From assembly GCA_024346625.1 (NCBI GenBank), contig AP024668.1, forward strand, positions 124,001 to 188,000: 64,000 nucleotides of DNA, read 5' to 3'. Numbering within the stretch: the stretch's first letter is position 1; each line of letters begins with the position of its first letter. The notes beneath the pieces are model-generated. The model saw nothing but the letters and a program-made list of their open reading frames with translations. It was not told the origin of the DNA and did not search any database. Shown one piece after another: positions 22,612 to 35,600 of this stretch. Both the position numbers and the translations under genes were made by a program. The DNA comes from Williopsis jadinii (taxonomy: Eukaryota).

Positions 22612-23634
22612 CTAGTTCAACAAGCTCGCCAGACTCGACGTTGAAGGGACTGGGACTGGCAACTCACGGCCAACAGAGTATTGTTTAAGTGAGGGAAGCT
22701 TTGTTTGGAATGGCTGGTTGAATGGAACAGGAGGTAACGTGTAGTGTTGTTGGTACAAAGGTTGCGGAGAGTGAGATTGACCAACTATGTACCCAACAGA
22801 CTGTGCTGGAGGTTGATGGTGTGTATGGCGAGCTGGTCCCACTGGCTGGTGGTACACTGGAATATGATGTTGTGGTTGGTATTGATACTGTTGTGGTACA
22901 TTGTGCGACTGTTGTTGGTTATATTGAGCGTAGTGTTGCTGTTGTTGTTGTTGATGATGCTGTTGACGCTGTTGCTGCTGTGAGGGATATACAATGTGAT
23001 CTTGACCCTGGTTCCGTAGGGAGAGAAAGCTCTGAGCAACAGCATGTTCGTCACTGGTCATTGGACTCTTTGGACTAACAGAGATAGGACTCACCAATCC
23101 AGTCGATGAGTTTGGCAAATTTGGGGATGTGGATGAAGCCATGGCGTTCGTAGTGGTTCTGCGTGATTTTGCCTTGCAGTGTGGGCAAGAACCCTTCTTG
23201 CCAAAACGACGTGGAACATAACGGTAACCAGGGTATTTCTCAGCGTGACGCTTCTTCTCTTCTTCAGCCAACTTGTTCCAGTGTTCCTTCTCCTTAGGAG
23301 ATAGATCTCTCCAGCGACGTCCAAGTTCACGAGAAACATCTGGATTCGTCTTAATCATATCGCCCTCGTCCAAAACTCTCTGATGGTATTGTTGGCGAAA
23401 GAGAATGAACGCATTACGTGGTCTTGGAATGTGAGATCCATCAGCTTTGCAGGTACACTTCTGTTGCTTTTTTGGGCTCGATTGCACCGTGAGTGAAGGA
23501 GGCGATGATACAGTGACGTTCATCACTTTTGGTCTTGAGGGCTCAACTGGCACCGCCATTGGTTGCTGTCCAAAAGGAACTCGCATGATATCCGCCAAGG
23601 GAGGAAGCGTAGGTTTCTTTTCAATAGTATTCAT
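22612..23634 (-). CDS. ROX1: HMG-box transcriptional repressor Rox1/Rfg1
   Basis: HIPRPRNAFILFRQ...NPDVSRELGRRW...HAEKYPGYRYVPRR HMG box, Q/H-rich region and LPSL motif near the C-terminus. Confidence 0.85.
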   Translation of the reverse strand: MNTIEKKPTLPPLADIMRVPFGQQPMAVPVEPSRPKVMNVTVSSPPSLTVQSSPKKQQKCTCKADGSHIPRPRNAFILFRQQYHQRVLDEGDMIKTNPDVSRELGRRWRDLSPKEKEHWNKLAEEEKKRHAEKYPGYRYVPRRFGKKGSCPHCKAKSRRTTTNAMASSTSPNLPNSSTGLVSPISVSPKSPMTSDEHAVAQSFLSLRNQGQDHIVYPSQQQQRQQHHQQQQQQHYAQYNQQQSHNVPQQYQYQPQHHIPVYHQPVGPARHTHHQPPAQSVGYIVGQSHSPQPLYQQHYTLPPVPFNQPFQTKLPSLKQYSVGRELPVPVPSTSSLASLLN

Positions 23635-26600
23635 GTTGTGATTTGTTGTCTTGTATGTGTTGATGTTCGCTGTTGGAAATAGTTATTCCGAAACTTGAAG
23701 TCTGGTAGAACGGGAAAGGCTCAGGTTATAAATACGTTATTTCGATCATACACAGAGAGGAGTAACAGGGAGGAACTCTTCATGTAAGAAGTTGGGAAAC
23801 TCTTTTCTATATGCATTTTGCATGTCTATACATGTACACACATATCCGTGCATATGCATATGTAATTGCAAAGTTGAAAAAGAAACGTTGGCTTAGAAAA
23901 AAAAAAGAAAGAAAAAAGAGAAATGTCCGAAAAAGGGACACATGGGACAAGTGGTAGGAACACAGAAGATGTGGTGGAGTTAACCCAATTTATACTTGGC
24001 TGGAATTTTGGACATGGGACATGGGCTTGACACGTAATGGAAGTTAGTCGCTATCTTGTCTTTGGACGATGAAGATAAATCGTGAACGAGATTGGAGCAC
24101 AAATCAACTGTAGAACTCTAATAGAAAGTCATACTTCTATGATTGAGCTAAGAAAAATGAGCATGAAGTATTCTATTCATATCTGGGCGAGTGATCGCTA
24201 TATCTGAGTGGCGAGTGGGTTGTAACACGGTCATTGGTTTGCTGCATCTCATTTCTCTAGCGGCTCAGCAACTAAGACATACACTTGCAAGAGAGGTTAA
24301 GTGGTCTACAAGGTGATTGACTGCGTGATTCTCATTCAACTTACTGTATTTGTCCAGTTAAAATAGTGGCAACGACATAATTAGAAGAGAAAATCTATAT
24401 TCATACATAGCTACTGTATGTAGTCAATGAGTATTCCATTATTATTTTCCTCGGAAGGTTATAACAGCATCCCAAGTTGTGGCAGTTTAAAAAGAATAAC
24501 TGCAGCACGTAGTCGGTTTTGAATAGGGCAGCATGTTGTATTGAACATATCAACTCTGTGTCCTCAAAGCCAGATATTTTTTTGAATACAAAAAACAGCT
24601 AAGTGTACAGTCCAAGTATGGATCTGCTTTTGTAATTTTTCCATCTCTTCGAACTGTACGTCTTGTAATACGATCCATGTTGCGGCATGATGCACTGGCT
24701 CACAGTTATAGTTACCCACTTGTAACTTACAATCGAATGAAAATCAAGGTTGGACGTAGCATTTGTTGATACATACCGAGCAAATAATTATTCACAGTTG
24801 ATAATAATAAATGGAATCCATCTGCTGTAGAGCATATATCTTACTGTCGCGGTTTGCACCAGGGTATGAAACATTTCATCACCATAAAAAACTACCATGT
24901 GTAAGGGTTGAGAAAAACCTAGTCATGACGGAAATCTGCATAGCCCTGGTAAGAGTTATGGGCTTTATCGTTTATGTGCATGTGCGTAGATATAGGATTC
25001 AGGCTGTACCTGTGGTGACTATGAACAACTCTGCTGGAAGGTGGGAAGTATTGACGTATAATTCTTTTATACGCGGATGTTCCAAAAGCGAAAACGTGAA
25101 TCACTCATTTCTAGGGTCCCGTCAACTTTCGCCGCACAGGTTTTATAGATGCCCTTTAGTCTGGAACTTCCAGCGCTATACGGGAAGATTTTCAACACAA
25201 TCCTTCGTCTCCACCCCCCACCTCTTATGCTATATGGATGTAATTAATAACAGGTGTAATTAAGTTTATAACCATCTCCCGTATTTTATGAGAATATCTG
25301 TGATTTACCATCAGCAGACATGTCATTCTCCACCTTAGTCATTTGTTGAAAAGATGTCAACATCACAACCCATGACCAAGTTCCCAATCTTAACACTTGT
25401 TCCGACCTATTCCCAGATGTTGTATGTATGAAACATCATTCATTACCCATCTGAACTACGGAATAAAAGTGCATGGGACTGCAAGAAAAGGAAATTCACA
25501 TAGGTTGTGTCGTTCCGCATCTGCTTGCAGAGCCAATGCGGGCTGTAAAAGAAAAACATCAAAGGTTGAACTCGTAGTTTTCATGCTTCAAGCTGTTCTT
25601 CTCAAACTTGTAATCATAACCAAAGCAGGCTGAAACAGGTACTATGATGTATTTCAATAGTAAAACTGCAAAATTAGTGATTCTATTTTGTTTGCAGGCA
25701 TTCAGCCAAGATTGCTCTTTTTTTTCGAAAGTGTAGCCCACGTCCTGGGACGGACAAGGTCTACGAACGAAGATGGGCTTAATGACCTCGTGAACTTTGT
25801 CTTCCAAGCCTTTAGACCGGCGAGGTTTTTTAGCCGAATCAGTAGCATCTAATGGATATGTCGTGACTAGCGAAACAGGCTGTGCCTAAATACCGATACG
25901 GCAAGTCTAAAGCATACGTGAATTGTCTTATTGCTCTATAGAGGCCAAACAGTATAACAGCTGGACACCAATAGAAGATATGATTTAGATTCTCTGTTGG
26001 GTTGTCTCAAGTTAGAGCCTTCTGTGCAGATTTCATATAGTAATTCGACGCAAGCGCCTAGCCTTGAATCATGTATTTTGACATTAATGTTTCATTCCGG
26101 ACTCCTTTACTTGCATAGGTTTAGGAATTACACTGTTGACAGGTCTCATTTGTCTCGATGTTATAGAACTAAAAGCGTTTTTCATGCTTATGTGAAATCC
26201 TTTCAAACCCCTCCATCACTGTCTGTAGGTTTTTTTGTTAATCATGGATAGTCTTATTTGTCCGGTAGGCGAAGCCTTGGGCTTCTTCATGCTTTTAGCA
26301 TATGCCTAGAGTTTTCATTTTTTGCCTTGAAACATTTCCTTAGCATTGCCGACATTGATACAGATCAAGAGCTGTCATTATAATTAGTCAGCTCTCAATA
26401 GCCGAAGAATTTGATTTGGCTTGGTACAAATCGCTTGAACATGCGAACCATAAGGCACTGGCTCAAGTAAAATTCGAAAGGCTCTTTTGTCCTTAGGCAC
26501 TACATATGTGACATGGCATAAAGCACAACATTACATATAATTTCTACGAGGAGCATTAGGATGCTTAAACAATTCAGATGGGAAATTATGTTGGGCTTTG

Positions 26601-29600
26601 TAGTCATAAAGCCTTCTGAAAAGTTTCCTTCAGCATATTCATCAGTTTTTCAAAAACCCTGCGTATCTCATGAGCAGCTGGCGAAGTGGTCATCTGAAAA
26701 GTGACTAGCAATGATACAATACAATGGCCTTCTCGTGAGATACTGACCAAAGATGCCTGTTTCTTAACTTTCTGAAGTTTTCCAAGTTCTGAGGTGTTTA
26801 GATTTATATACATGAGGGTATTGTGCAAGCAGCTAGTTTTCTATCTTCTCTCATGAATGATATTCGAATCAGATGATGTCAATAGTTTCTTTTCGTATTT
26901 TTGTAATATGTGTATATTTGTAACTGGAATTAATTAATGTATAGTGGTATGCTAACGAAATTTGTTGCCTACTATCTTGCAATCCACCTACAACAAACGG
27001 CGACATATTTTAAAACCTAATAAATAGCAAACTTCATATCTTAAGTGAGTCGAAATGTACAACCGTCTCGCTGGCACTACGATTACCGAGTAAATGTCTT
27101 CAATGACGCCATTAACTACACAAGTTGACGTTATAATAGAGTTTCCAATCCAATTGATTAAATCAAAACGGCTGTCCTTTCTAAAAAAAACACTAATCCA
27201 TATCCGTTTGAGAAGCATATTTACCCGGTATTTTCTTGGTTCTTGACTCTTTGTTAGGACCTAGTAGGTTACAGTTGGACAGGAAAGATCACTAAAGATT
27301 TCAACATCTATCTAAACTTGTTACTGCCAGATCGACAACAAGTATCGCAAAACAGAGTAAATTGACTGCCTTCCTTTTTTGTCTCGTATCTTTCTATCAC
27401 TATTATTCGGTGTTTTGTTTGCTCTAAGCAAGGCTATACTTTCAACCCTAATTTATTGAAGCATAACTCGAGAAAAGTTAACGGTTGAATAACTTAACAT
27501 AGCTGTAGTTCGCGGATGCGTGTCCCGGAGTTATTGTCTCCCACTCATCGCTGAATTGGGCCTTTTGCGCGCTGGAAAAATCGAACGACATCAACAATTT
27601 GAATTCAGGCGTTGCAAAGTTTTTCTACTCTGCATTTTATAGGCATTACATACAAACCTAAATTGGTTCACTGCTCCAACTGTACAGTTTTCTTTGGTTT
27701 TTTGTCAAATTAAATTGGTGCCTTGTGCCCTCAGGGCTTCAGCTCCTGGCTTTTAGCTATTAGTAGTGGCGTTGACTGATCGTTCATAGTACCATATACG
27801 AACATAAATATTCTATTGAGGGAATGTACACAACATTGTAACTTCTGTTCACTTAAACTCCGTATAACTGGACACGATAAGAAGTTTGACCTTGGGTCAG
27901 AGAACAACTCAGGTTATTTGAACTTGGTTCCCCCGCCCATGAAGTACAATTATTTTTCCCTTACACTTGAAACTAGTCAAATCTATATGGGTTGTTATGT
28001 ATTAAGGAAATTCCGCTAGCAAAGATTGCGATTTGAAACTTAATCGATTGAGTGTCCGAATAACAGATCCGGGGCTTTAGTATGGTTCATCGATATTCCC
28101 CTGAGGAGTCCAGACCCTTGGGCATTTAACAAATCTCTATGTTGAAACCAAGTGATTTTTTAACGGTACCAGAATATTTTGAGTCTGCGTCTCCAAAACC
28201 CCAAATATGCGTCCAATGCTTACACATGAAGCTATTGCATATGCCATGTAAGAAATGCTCGCAAATTTTCCGCACTTAGAAGTCGAAGCACCTAGCACGC
28301 TAGTGAACGTGACTTAGTGTTCAATTGCCGACCAAAGATGCAATTGTTAATTACTCAATATATGCTTTCTATAGATTCCGTACGAAACTGGAGTGAACTC
28401 AATGTGAGTTAATAGCGTCAGGACATTGGTCCCATATGTACTACATATGTGAATTCGATGTTGAACGTAGAAACTCTTGTAAGCGTAATGTCGAAAGCGA
28501 CACTTGAGATAACTCTTATCACTAAGGCGTTCAAGATTCGCAACTAACAAGTCATAACAAGGCATCAGCACCTGGCACAGAATTATGGTTTTCCACAACT
28601 ACGGACGGCCACCGGCTCTTTCTTGAAACTCGCAACCTGTAGCTCTATTGTCCTGCAAGGTGCACTCATGTACATCTGCTTGAAGAGGCTTAGAGTTTCA
28701 AATTTATCCGACAGAAAAAAGAAACGATAATGAATAAGAAAAAAAAAAAGAAATGTGCATCTTTTTTCCAATCCTTGCTTCATACGTGGTCTAGACATTA
28801 AATTACAATGCAAGTACTGGACAAAAGCCATTCAACTTGCAAAAAACATGTTCAGCCATTTAACTGCCGTTACACATATAGAAGGGTTATACATGTATTG
28901 TTTTCGAAATTTTTCTCAGCACAGTCCTGGACACCCACGGCACAGACAAAAAGTGAGGCGGGAAAATTCTTGTACATATTTGTACTATACTTTCCAGTCA
29001 ACTGTCAAGCTTCAACAATAACGTCAGGTTAACAATACGTCATGGACACTATGAAAAAAATCGCAGAGTCCGTGAGAAGTTTTATGATGAAGTCATGCAG
29101 ATTAGCCACGCTCAAAAATGGGTCAGCCTCGAGAGATTTTGGGTGTTGCTCCTTGAGTTATGAAACCCACTCATGAGTTGTGTAGTTGCGAGAGTCACAT
29201 TGTCTGGTTAGTTGGGAAAATATATCTTTTGCGGCTTGCACAGTAATGAATCACCATCGAAGTGCATTATGCGCCGTGAGAACCTAGAAGGACGGGACTA
29301 AGTATATGTATGTTTTGGCTTCAACCTCAAGAAGCTTATTGTTGATCTTGGATGCGAAATTTTTAAGTCCCCGTGGGCTTTATATACTTGATAGGAAACA
29401 CTGCTATAGCCAAAGTGCAATGAGTAATAGTTAAAGGGTGTGTATTGATTGCTTTGCTGTTGAACGTTGTATCTTTAAACTTTAGCCCGAGATCAATGAC
29501 GTTAAGAAAGTCAAAGCCTAAATGACCGAATTGGACAATTGATTCACACACTTACATATCTGTATATGTAACCAGTGATTACGAGTGCGCATACCGATAC

Positions 29601-32600
29601 AGTTTTCCACAGATGATCGGAAGTTTCATCTTCAAATGCATCAGAGATGAAGCTGTTGGGCAACTTTTACATATCTTGTTCTCTATGTATGACGTAAATA
29701 CATGGGCCAATATCCCCCCAGCACCAAATTGGTCCTCTACGGGGCACTGCTAGTGTCAATGTTCTGAGTGCCTGATGTAAACCAAGTCGAATTTGGACAT
29801 TAGGTCCGTGAGACATTAATGAAACCCAACCGAAACCAGGTTGCTTCAAAGGCACTGGATATGTAAGTGGCTCACTTTTGAATGATTTGGGAGTGACTTG
29901 CAGGCTACTCAGTCATGTGTATGTGTCTTTACATGTTCCATAGCTCCTAATTAATTTCGAATGAAGATTCACAACACACATATATATGTATACTGTGCAT
30001 CTAGATGTTGATCTTATGTGTTGACAAAATGCCTCGAATTCTGCCCGAAAATTACGTTGGTACATATGAACGTTGTACAAAGGTCTCTTAGATTATCTAT
30101 TTAGGTTTGTTTCATTATTCTAATGATACCTAGAGTGAAGAACAGCTCATGTCTAATGTCTACAATTCACTCAGCTAAAAACGTTGGATCGTCATAGGCG
30201 ACCAGTGAGCGGGTGATTATCAAAGTCGGGCTTGCTCCAAACAAAGCAAGCGAAGGAAAACGCGTTTCTATAACGGCTGCAGAGCAACATGCCTTTGTAT
30301 TCACACGAGGCCACCGCTGATGTTTCCAAGTATATTGGACTGCTTTCGATTTTGTTCGAGGGCACAAATTGACCAATGTATAACGTCACCGTCAACAAGC
30401 CCAAACACCTAGCAGTAATCGAGGTTCTCTATGACTCCGCCTCAACGGTGAACAAACGCTCCTCAACTTTAATTGACTTTTAACTTCATGTAGCCATGTA
30501 TAGAGTCTTTTTTGCTAGGGTTCCTCTACTTTAAAACTTCTGATGCTGAATTTTGGGTGTGAGTGTTTTTTTTTTCAAATTCTCGAGGGTGTGTGGCGGT
30601 GGAGGATAAGAATTAACTGGATACTTCTTATCAACTAAGGTTTTGGATTGAGCATCATGCAAAACTTTTAGAATTTCATGCTTGACAACATTTGCGGCTG
30701 AACAGACTACAATCCTGAACATAAATCCTCATTTGGGACATTTTTGAAAATGTGGACATATGCATGATGCTCTTTTTAGGTTTTCATTTATGCTGGTAGT
30801 TTTATTTTTGTCTTCTTTTTTTTTATTTTTCCGTGTCTGTTCGGAAAAACTATCAGAATTCCACTGGATATGAAGCGCAATGCAAGCATATATTAGTTAG
30901 CTCAGTCAAATCACTGCACATGTTAACATAGTAATGGCTTGTTTGCTATCGTGAAAGGAATCTTTATTCAGAAATTTCACTCACACATAAACACTTCGTA
31001 ACTCAAACAATTAGATGTGGTAAGTCGTATCTGAAACTGTGACGTATTTCTGTGTATATCTGCAATGTGTAGATCAGGTCTAATAAATGTATATCATGTG
31101 AGGAACGAATGCGTACTTACAAGATTTTAAAGATCATCTGCCTCAAATTCTGGACTCAACAAATTAAGAGCTTACCTGCGAAGCCCAAGTTATTGGTTTG
31201 TTATTCAATGAATCGAATACGCCAAACCCAACAACAAATCGCCTAGGAATATTCATAGTAGCAAATCCTGCAGAACAAAACAGATGAAGCTTTCTTTACC
31301 TCAACTTTAAAACGGTAGCTACGGTTTACTCAAAGGTGTTAAGCTGAAATGTTCAGGACAGATAGTACTTTGAAAAGCAAGCAATTACAATTTTGGCTAC
31401 TGCCTCAGTATATCAAGCGATTTACATCATAAACTACATATTTGGAGCTAAAAAGCTACACTGTGTTGACTCAAAAAGTGCCCCAAGATGTCAATATTCT
31501 TCACGTATTCATGAAATTTTATAGTGTTTAAACTAGAGAATCATGGTGAGATGGAAGGACTATATGATTATGGCTACAATCAGAAGTGACTTAGTCTTAT
31601 TGTCAAGATGATATAGATGTATATGGAGGCTTATTTGGCCAAAGAAATTGCAGTCTTCCAAAATACAGCCTTGCCAACAAATTATTGTTATTTCTGCATT
31701 CTTGCCTTGATCAAAAACTCCGAGGATATTACATCAATGTATTAGATGCCCATGAACAGACTTAGAAAGTTTGATTTTCTATCATAGGTTAGACCCCTTT
31801 TTTGATTAACAGATCAACCTCCTAACAGTGATTAAATGAAGAAATCACAGTACACAGCTTTAACACAATAAGCACATTGTCTTACTTTGCTGTACGTTTA
31901 AAGGCTTCGTTAAACTTCCGTTCCTATTTGCCATTTCATAATTCTTCCCTAGACCAGTTTCACACATAGATATCTTCCTATCTATGTTGTTCCCCTGATG
32001 AAAAAAAAAAACGCAACTTCATCTGCATGAAAGCAACAAAGCAGAGGATTTTCAGCAGCCTTCTGAGTCATTTCAAGTATAAACCACGAAGGAACAACTT
32101 GGAGTTTAGCTTAACCATTTACCCCTGAATGTTCAAGGGTGGCCTCAAGTTGTGTTGATCAAATCGTTCCAGGATATTCGTTACACTTCTGAAGTGTGCT
32201 GCGTTAGGTAATGTCATGTGTGTTGAATCCTTAGTAATGGTGAACTGTGGGTTGTCACAGGTGACTCCATACAGATGTATAACATTGAAAAAAACAAGAT
32301 TCGCAAGCATTTGCCTCATTTCTGGACAATATAAAAAACAGTATGTGCATTCATAATGTGTATGTGAGTCATGTATCACATGTAGCTAGTTACGAAGTAG
32401 CTTTGAACTCATGCAATGGTGACCTGTGTGCGCTATGCAGAAGTTTGCTAAGCAAGAATATAATCCCAATGTTCACTTTCCTGTGAACTACTATGTTTCA
32501 AACTCTCTGATATTCTGAACAGCCAATTGTAATTTCTAACACCTAGCCGTTGTTATAACGTCTAGAGTGCTAAAGCAACATGGACAAGTAGTGATGACAC

Positions 32601-35600
32601 CAGCGCCAACCCTATTTGAATGTAACCCATCACATATCCCCATGACGAAATAAGTTCACTAGTGGTCAACAACTAGTGGGGAATAAATTCTCCCACATAT
32701 GAGCATTGTTGCTGCATGATTACTGAGTACGTATGTACTGGTTTCATCAACGAAGTTGAAAAATTCCGCACGACTTTGTTTGCTGCAATTTAGCAATACC
32801 GCAGAAGTTGTGTGTGTGGCCTCTCCAGCCCCTAGCTTTGCAAACTTGCTAGGGCTTTAAAGCATATCCTTTGTCCATAATCCAGACATAATATGCAAGA
32901 TCGATGATAAAAAAGAATAGACTTGCATGCGTTTCAAGCGTTGTAGCATTGTTCAATGCAGATCGTGTTGTTTTGACTGTTGAATCAAAGTGCCATGCCC
33001 TAAGCTTCCATGAGTTCGATATCAAGTCGGTTGAGGTTCAGAGCTTGATAGGTGAGGTGGAGTTATCTATGTAAGTGTATGTGAAAGCAATAACTTCTTT
33101 AAGAGCGTCGTAGTTTCACGATGGATACCACTACCACTGTGAATCGTAAATTAAGGAACCTTAATCCGATTTTTAGAGGTTTAATACTGCACATTGGCTT
33201 TCTTTCCACGGCAACCGACTGGTTGCTTTCCCATTTATAACACACCCGACAGAATTCCCTCAGAACTGAAATGAGCGTCGCCTGGGCTTTGCTTGACTCC
33301 CACAAGCGTCCTTCTCTGGTGAATGATAAACGCATTGCATAATTGGTTTCATCAGATGGCCATTCAAGCACTAAATCCGAAGACTCCGCTCTGTTTAGCA
33401 ATGCAGGAGCATACACCACTGCAAAGTTCAAGAGTCATCCAAATGTCTGCGACGTGGGCTCCAGATATGAACAATAGCACAGTGTTACAACTCGCAACTA
33501 TTGTTCGCATAGTCTCTGACCAATGCCATCCTTTAATCGAAGTCAGCTCTTTGAGACACAGACAAGAGCCCAGAAGTGAGCCACATGTCCACGGTTTGAA
33601 AATCATTTGGACCGATATATTTGTATAAATCCTCCTCATAATTGGGTGAAACATTTTCATTCGGCGGTGTCCGGGTTTAATCAGTCACACGTTATTGGGG
33701 TGAACGGTATGGTAATTACTTTCCAGGATTATCATCGTGGTTAGTCTCTAAATAATGATGAATACAGTTCATTTGTGGGTTTTGTACACTGCTATTATAA
33801 ATGCACGGGCAAATTATGATTATATTCTATTGTTTTATTTTCAAGCAGGTGAATAAGTGGAGTACTAAATTTTCTCATGAAAATTTTGGTTCCAATATAA
33901 AATATAAGAATATGTACTCTTTTAGCTCTTTAACCATCGATAATACCCAATATTTCCAATTCAATAACTAAGAAAATGTATATCTCTCCAATTTCTGAGA
34001 CCAATAGCTATGTTGTTGTAGTCAAATGACACACGTTAATCAAATATATCACATAGTATTATATCGAGTATATACCGCCTACACTGACTGTTCAACCTTC
34101 GGTAATACGTAATTTGTCCATCGGTTTGGACAGTCACCGTTTGTCTCGAGGACACTTCAAATGCATGGTACTGTGTCTAACAAAAGTCCTAAACTCCGTA
34201 TTTATCGATTCAGCTTATGTGTCCACAGATGTTTGCATGCAATGACCCAGTTCTAAATTGATACTGAAGTATGAAGTACATATTGCCCAATGCTAGATTA
34301 TTATTTTAGTGATAATTGCCGATCAGAAGGTGCAAAAGACAATCCACTTACAATAACTTTTGGCCTGGGGTTGGATTATCACTTGTCCTGATCGGAGAAA
34401 AATGCAGTCTTCTCCACCAATGAGAGACGGGTTCTTGATCCTACATCCAACGCCATTTTGAAAAACTCAGCAATGCCGAATTGTGACCATTCACCCAGTT
34501 TCACAATGTTACATGATGAAATATGGGTTGGTTTTCTCAAAATCCTAGTAACGTGGATTATATGAGGCTCTGTTGCACCCACAACGATAATCTCCATTCT
34601 CTCAAAACGAGAGAGACAGTGGGACAACAAATGGCCATTGGCTTGCACGAGTGTTTAGAAAAAAGATTGTGCATTTATGAAGTTAGCACGTGGATCAGAC
34701 TTGATAAATTGTAAATTTAGGAATAACAGGTAATTACCCATTATGTTATCCGCTGGCCAATGGTATGTCGCAGCACCCAAATTTATTCATATCAAGCCAG
34801 CATATCTCGGTGTGGTGTATGTCACAGCAGAGCCTACAACTTTAAGATGTTAGCGTTACTACAGTGAGTCACAGAATGTTGAGTAGTATCCACAATTCCC
34901 GGTTGTAACATAACTGAGACATCCACATGGTACAATTGAGTCTAGCTTTATAATAAGATATCTCAAAAAAGTACGCCTTGAGCTTACAAAGTAGATGAAA
35001 CTGAAACATCAGTACAGCTTCATTTTGAGCTTCAATGCTGGAGTGATATCCGTCTAGCTCAATCTGTCTTCTAAGCTCAGGTTTGGCAGAGTATGCTTTG
35101 AGTCCCCTGAAAGGAATTTAACAGGCTTGAGGATAAAGAATATAATAAAAGTGCGTCGTTAGATGGTTGGCGAAACAATCCTGAAACACATCAAATTTAG
35201 GAGTGAGACATTTGTTAAGGTTTTAACTTATCGATTCTCATCACAGTATTGATGAATCAACCTTTATTTTATTGGCTGGAAATGGCCGAGTTTGTTCCAA
35301 GAGGTACGAGTCTAATGACAAGATTTTTGTATTTAATGTTTCGTCATCATGCTTTTGCCGATTTGTCCTCCTAAGCTTTGGAAATAACAGTTGGTTAAAG
35401 GCCAGTTCGAATTACCTGCGAAGTTCGAGCCGAGTCTTATTTAGAACTCTCGGATGCATCGCAACTTGTATTCAATGTAACTTCCTGTTAGCAGCAGATC
35501 GACAACTCATGTATTAAATACGAGTAAACAGGAATGTAGTCTGTATGGACTCAGAAATGGGAAAGAATACATGAAGTAAACAGCACCGAGGAGTCACATT

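Noticed and set aside
24811..25263. 150-aa ORF and the other 60-110-aa ORFs in the gene-free interval
   Set aside because: Random-like composition; no gag, RT, integrase or transposase motifs recognised.
32375..32382. CDEI-like ATCACATG as the start of a point centromere
   Set aside because: Not followed by a very AT-rich CDEII or by a CDEIII.
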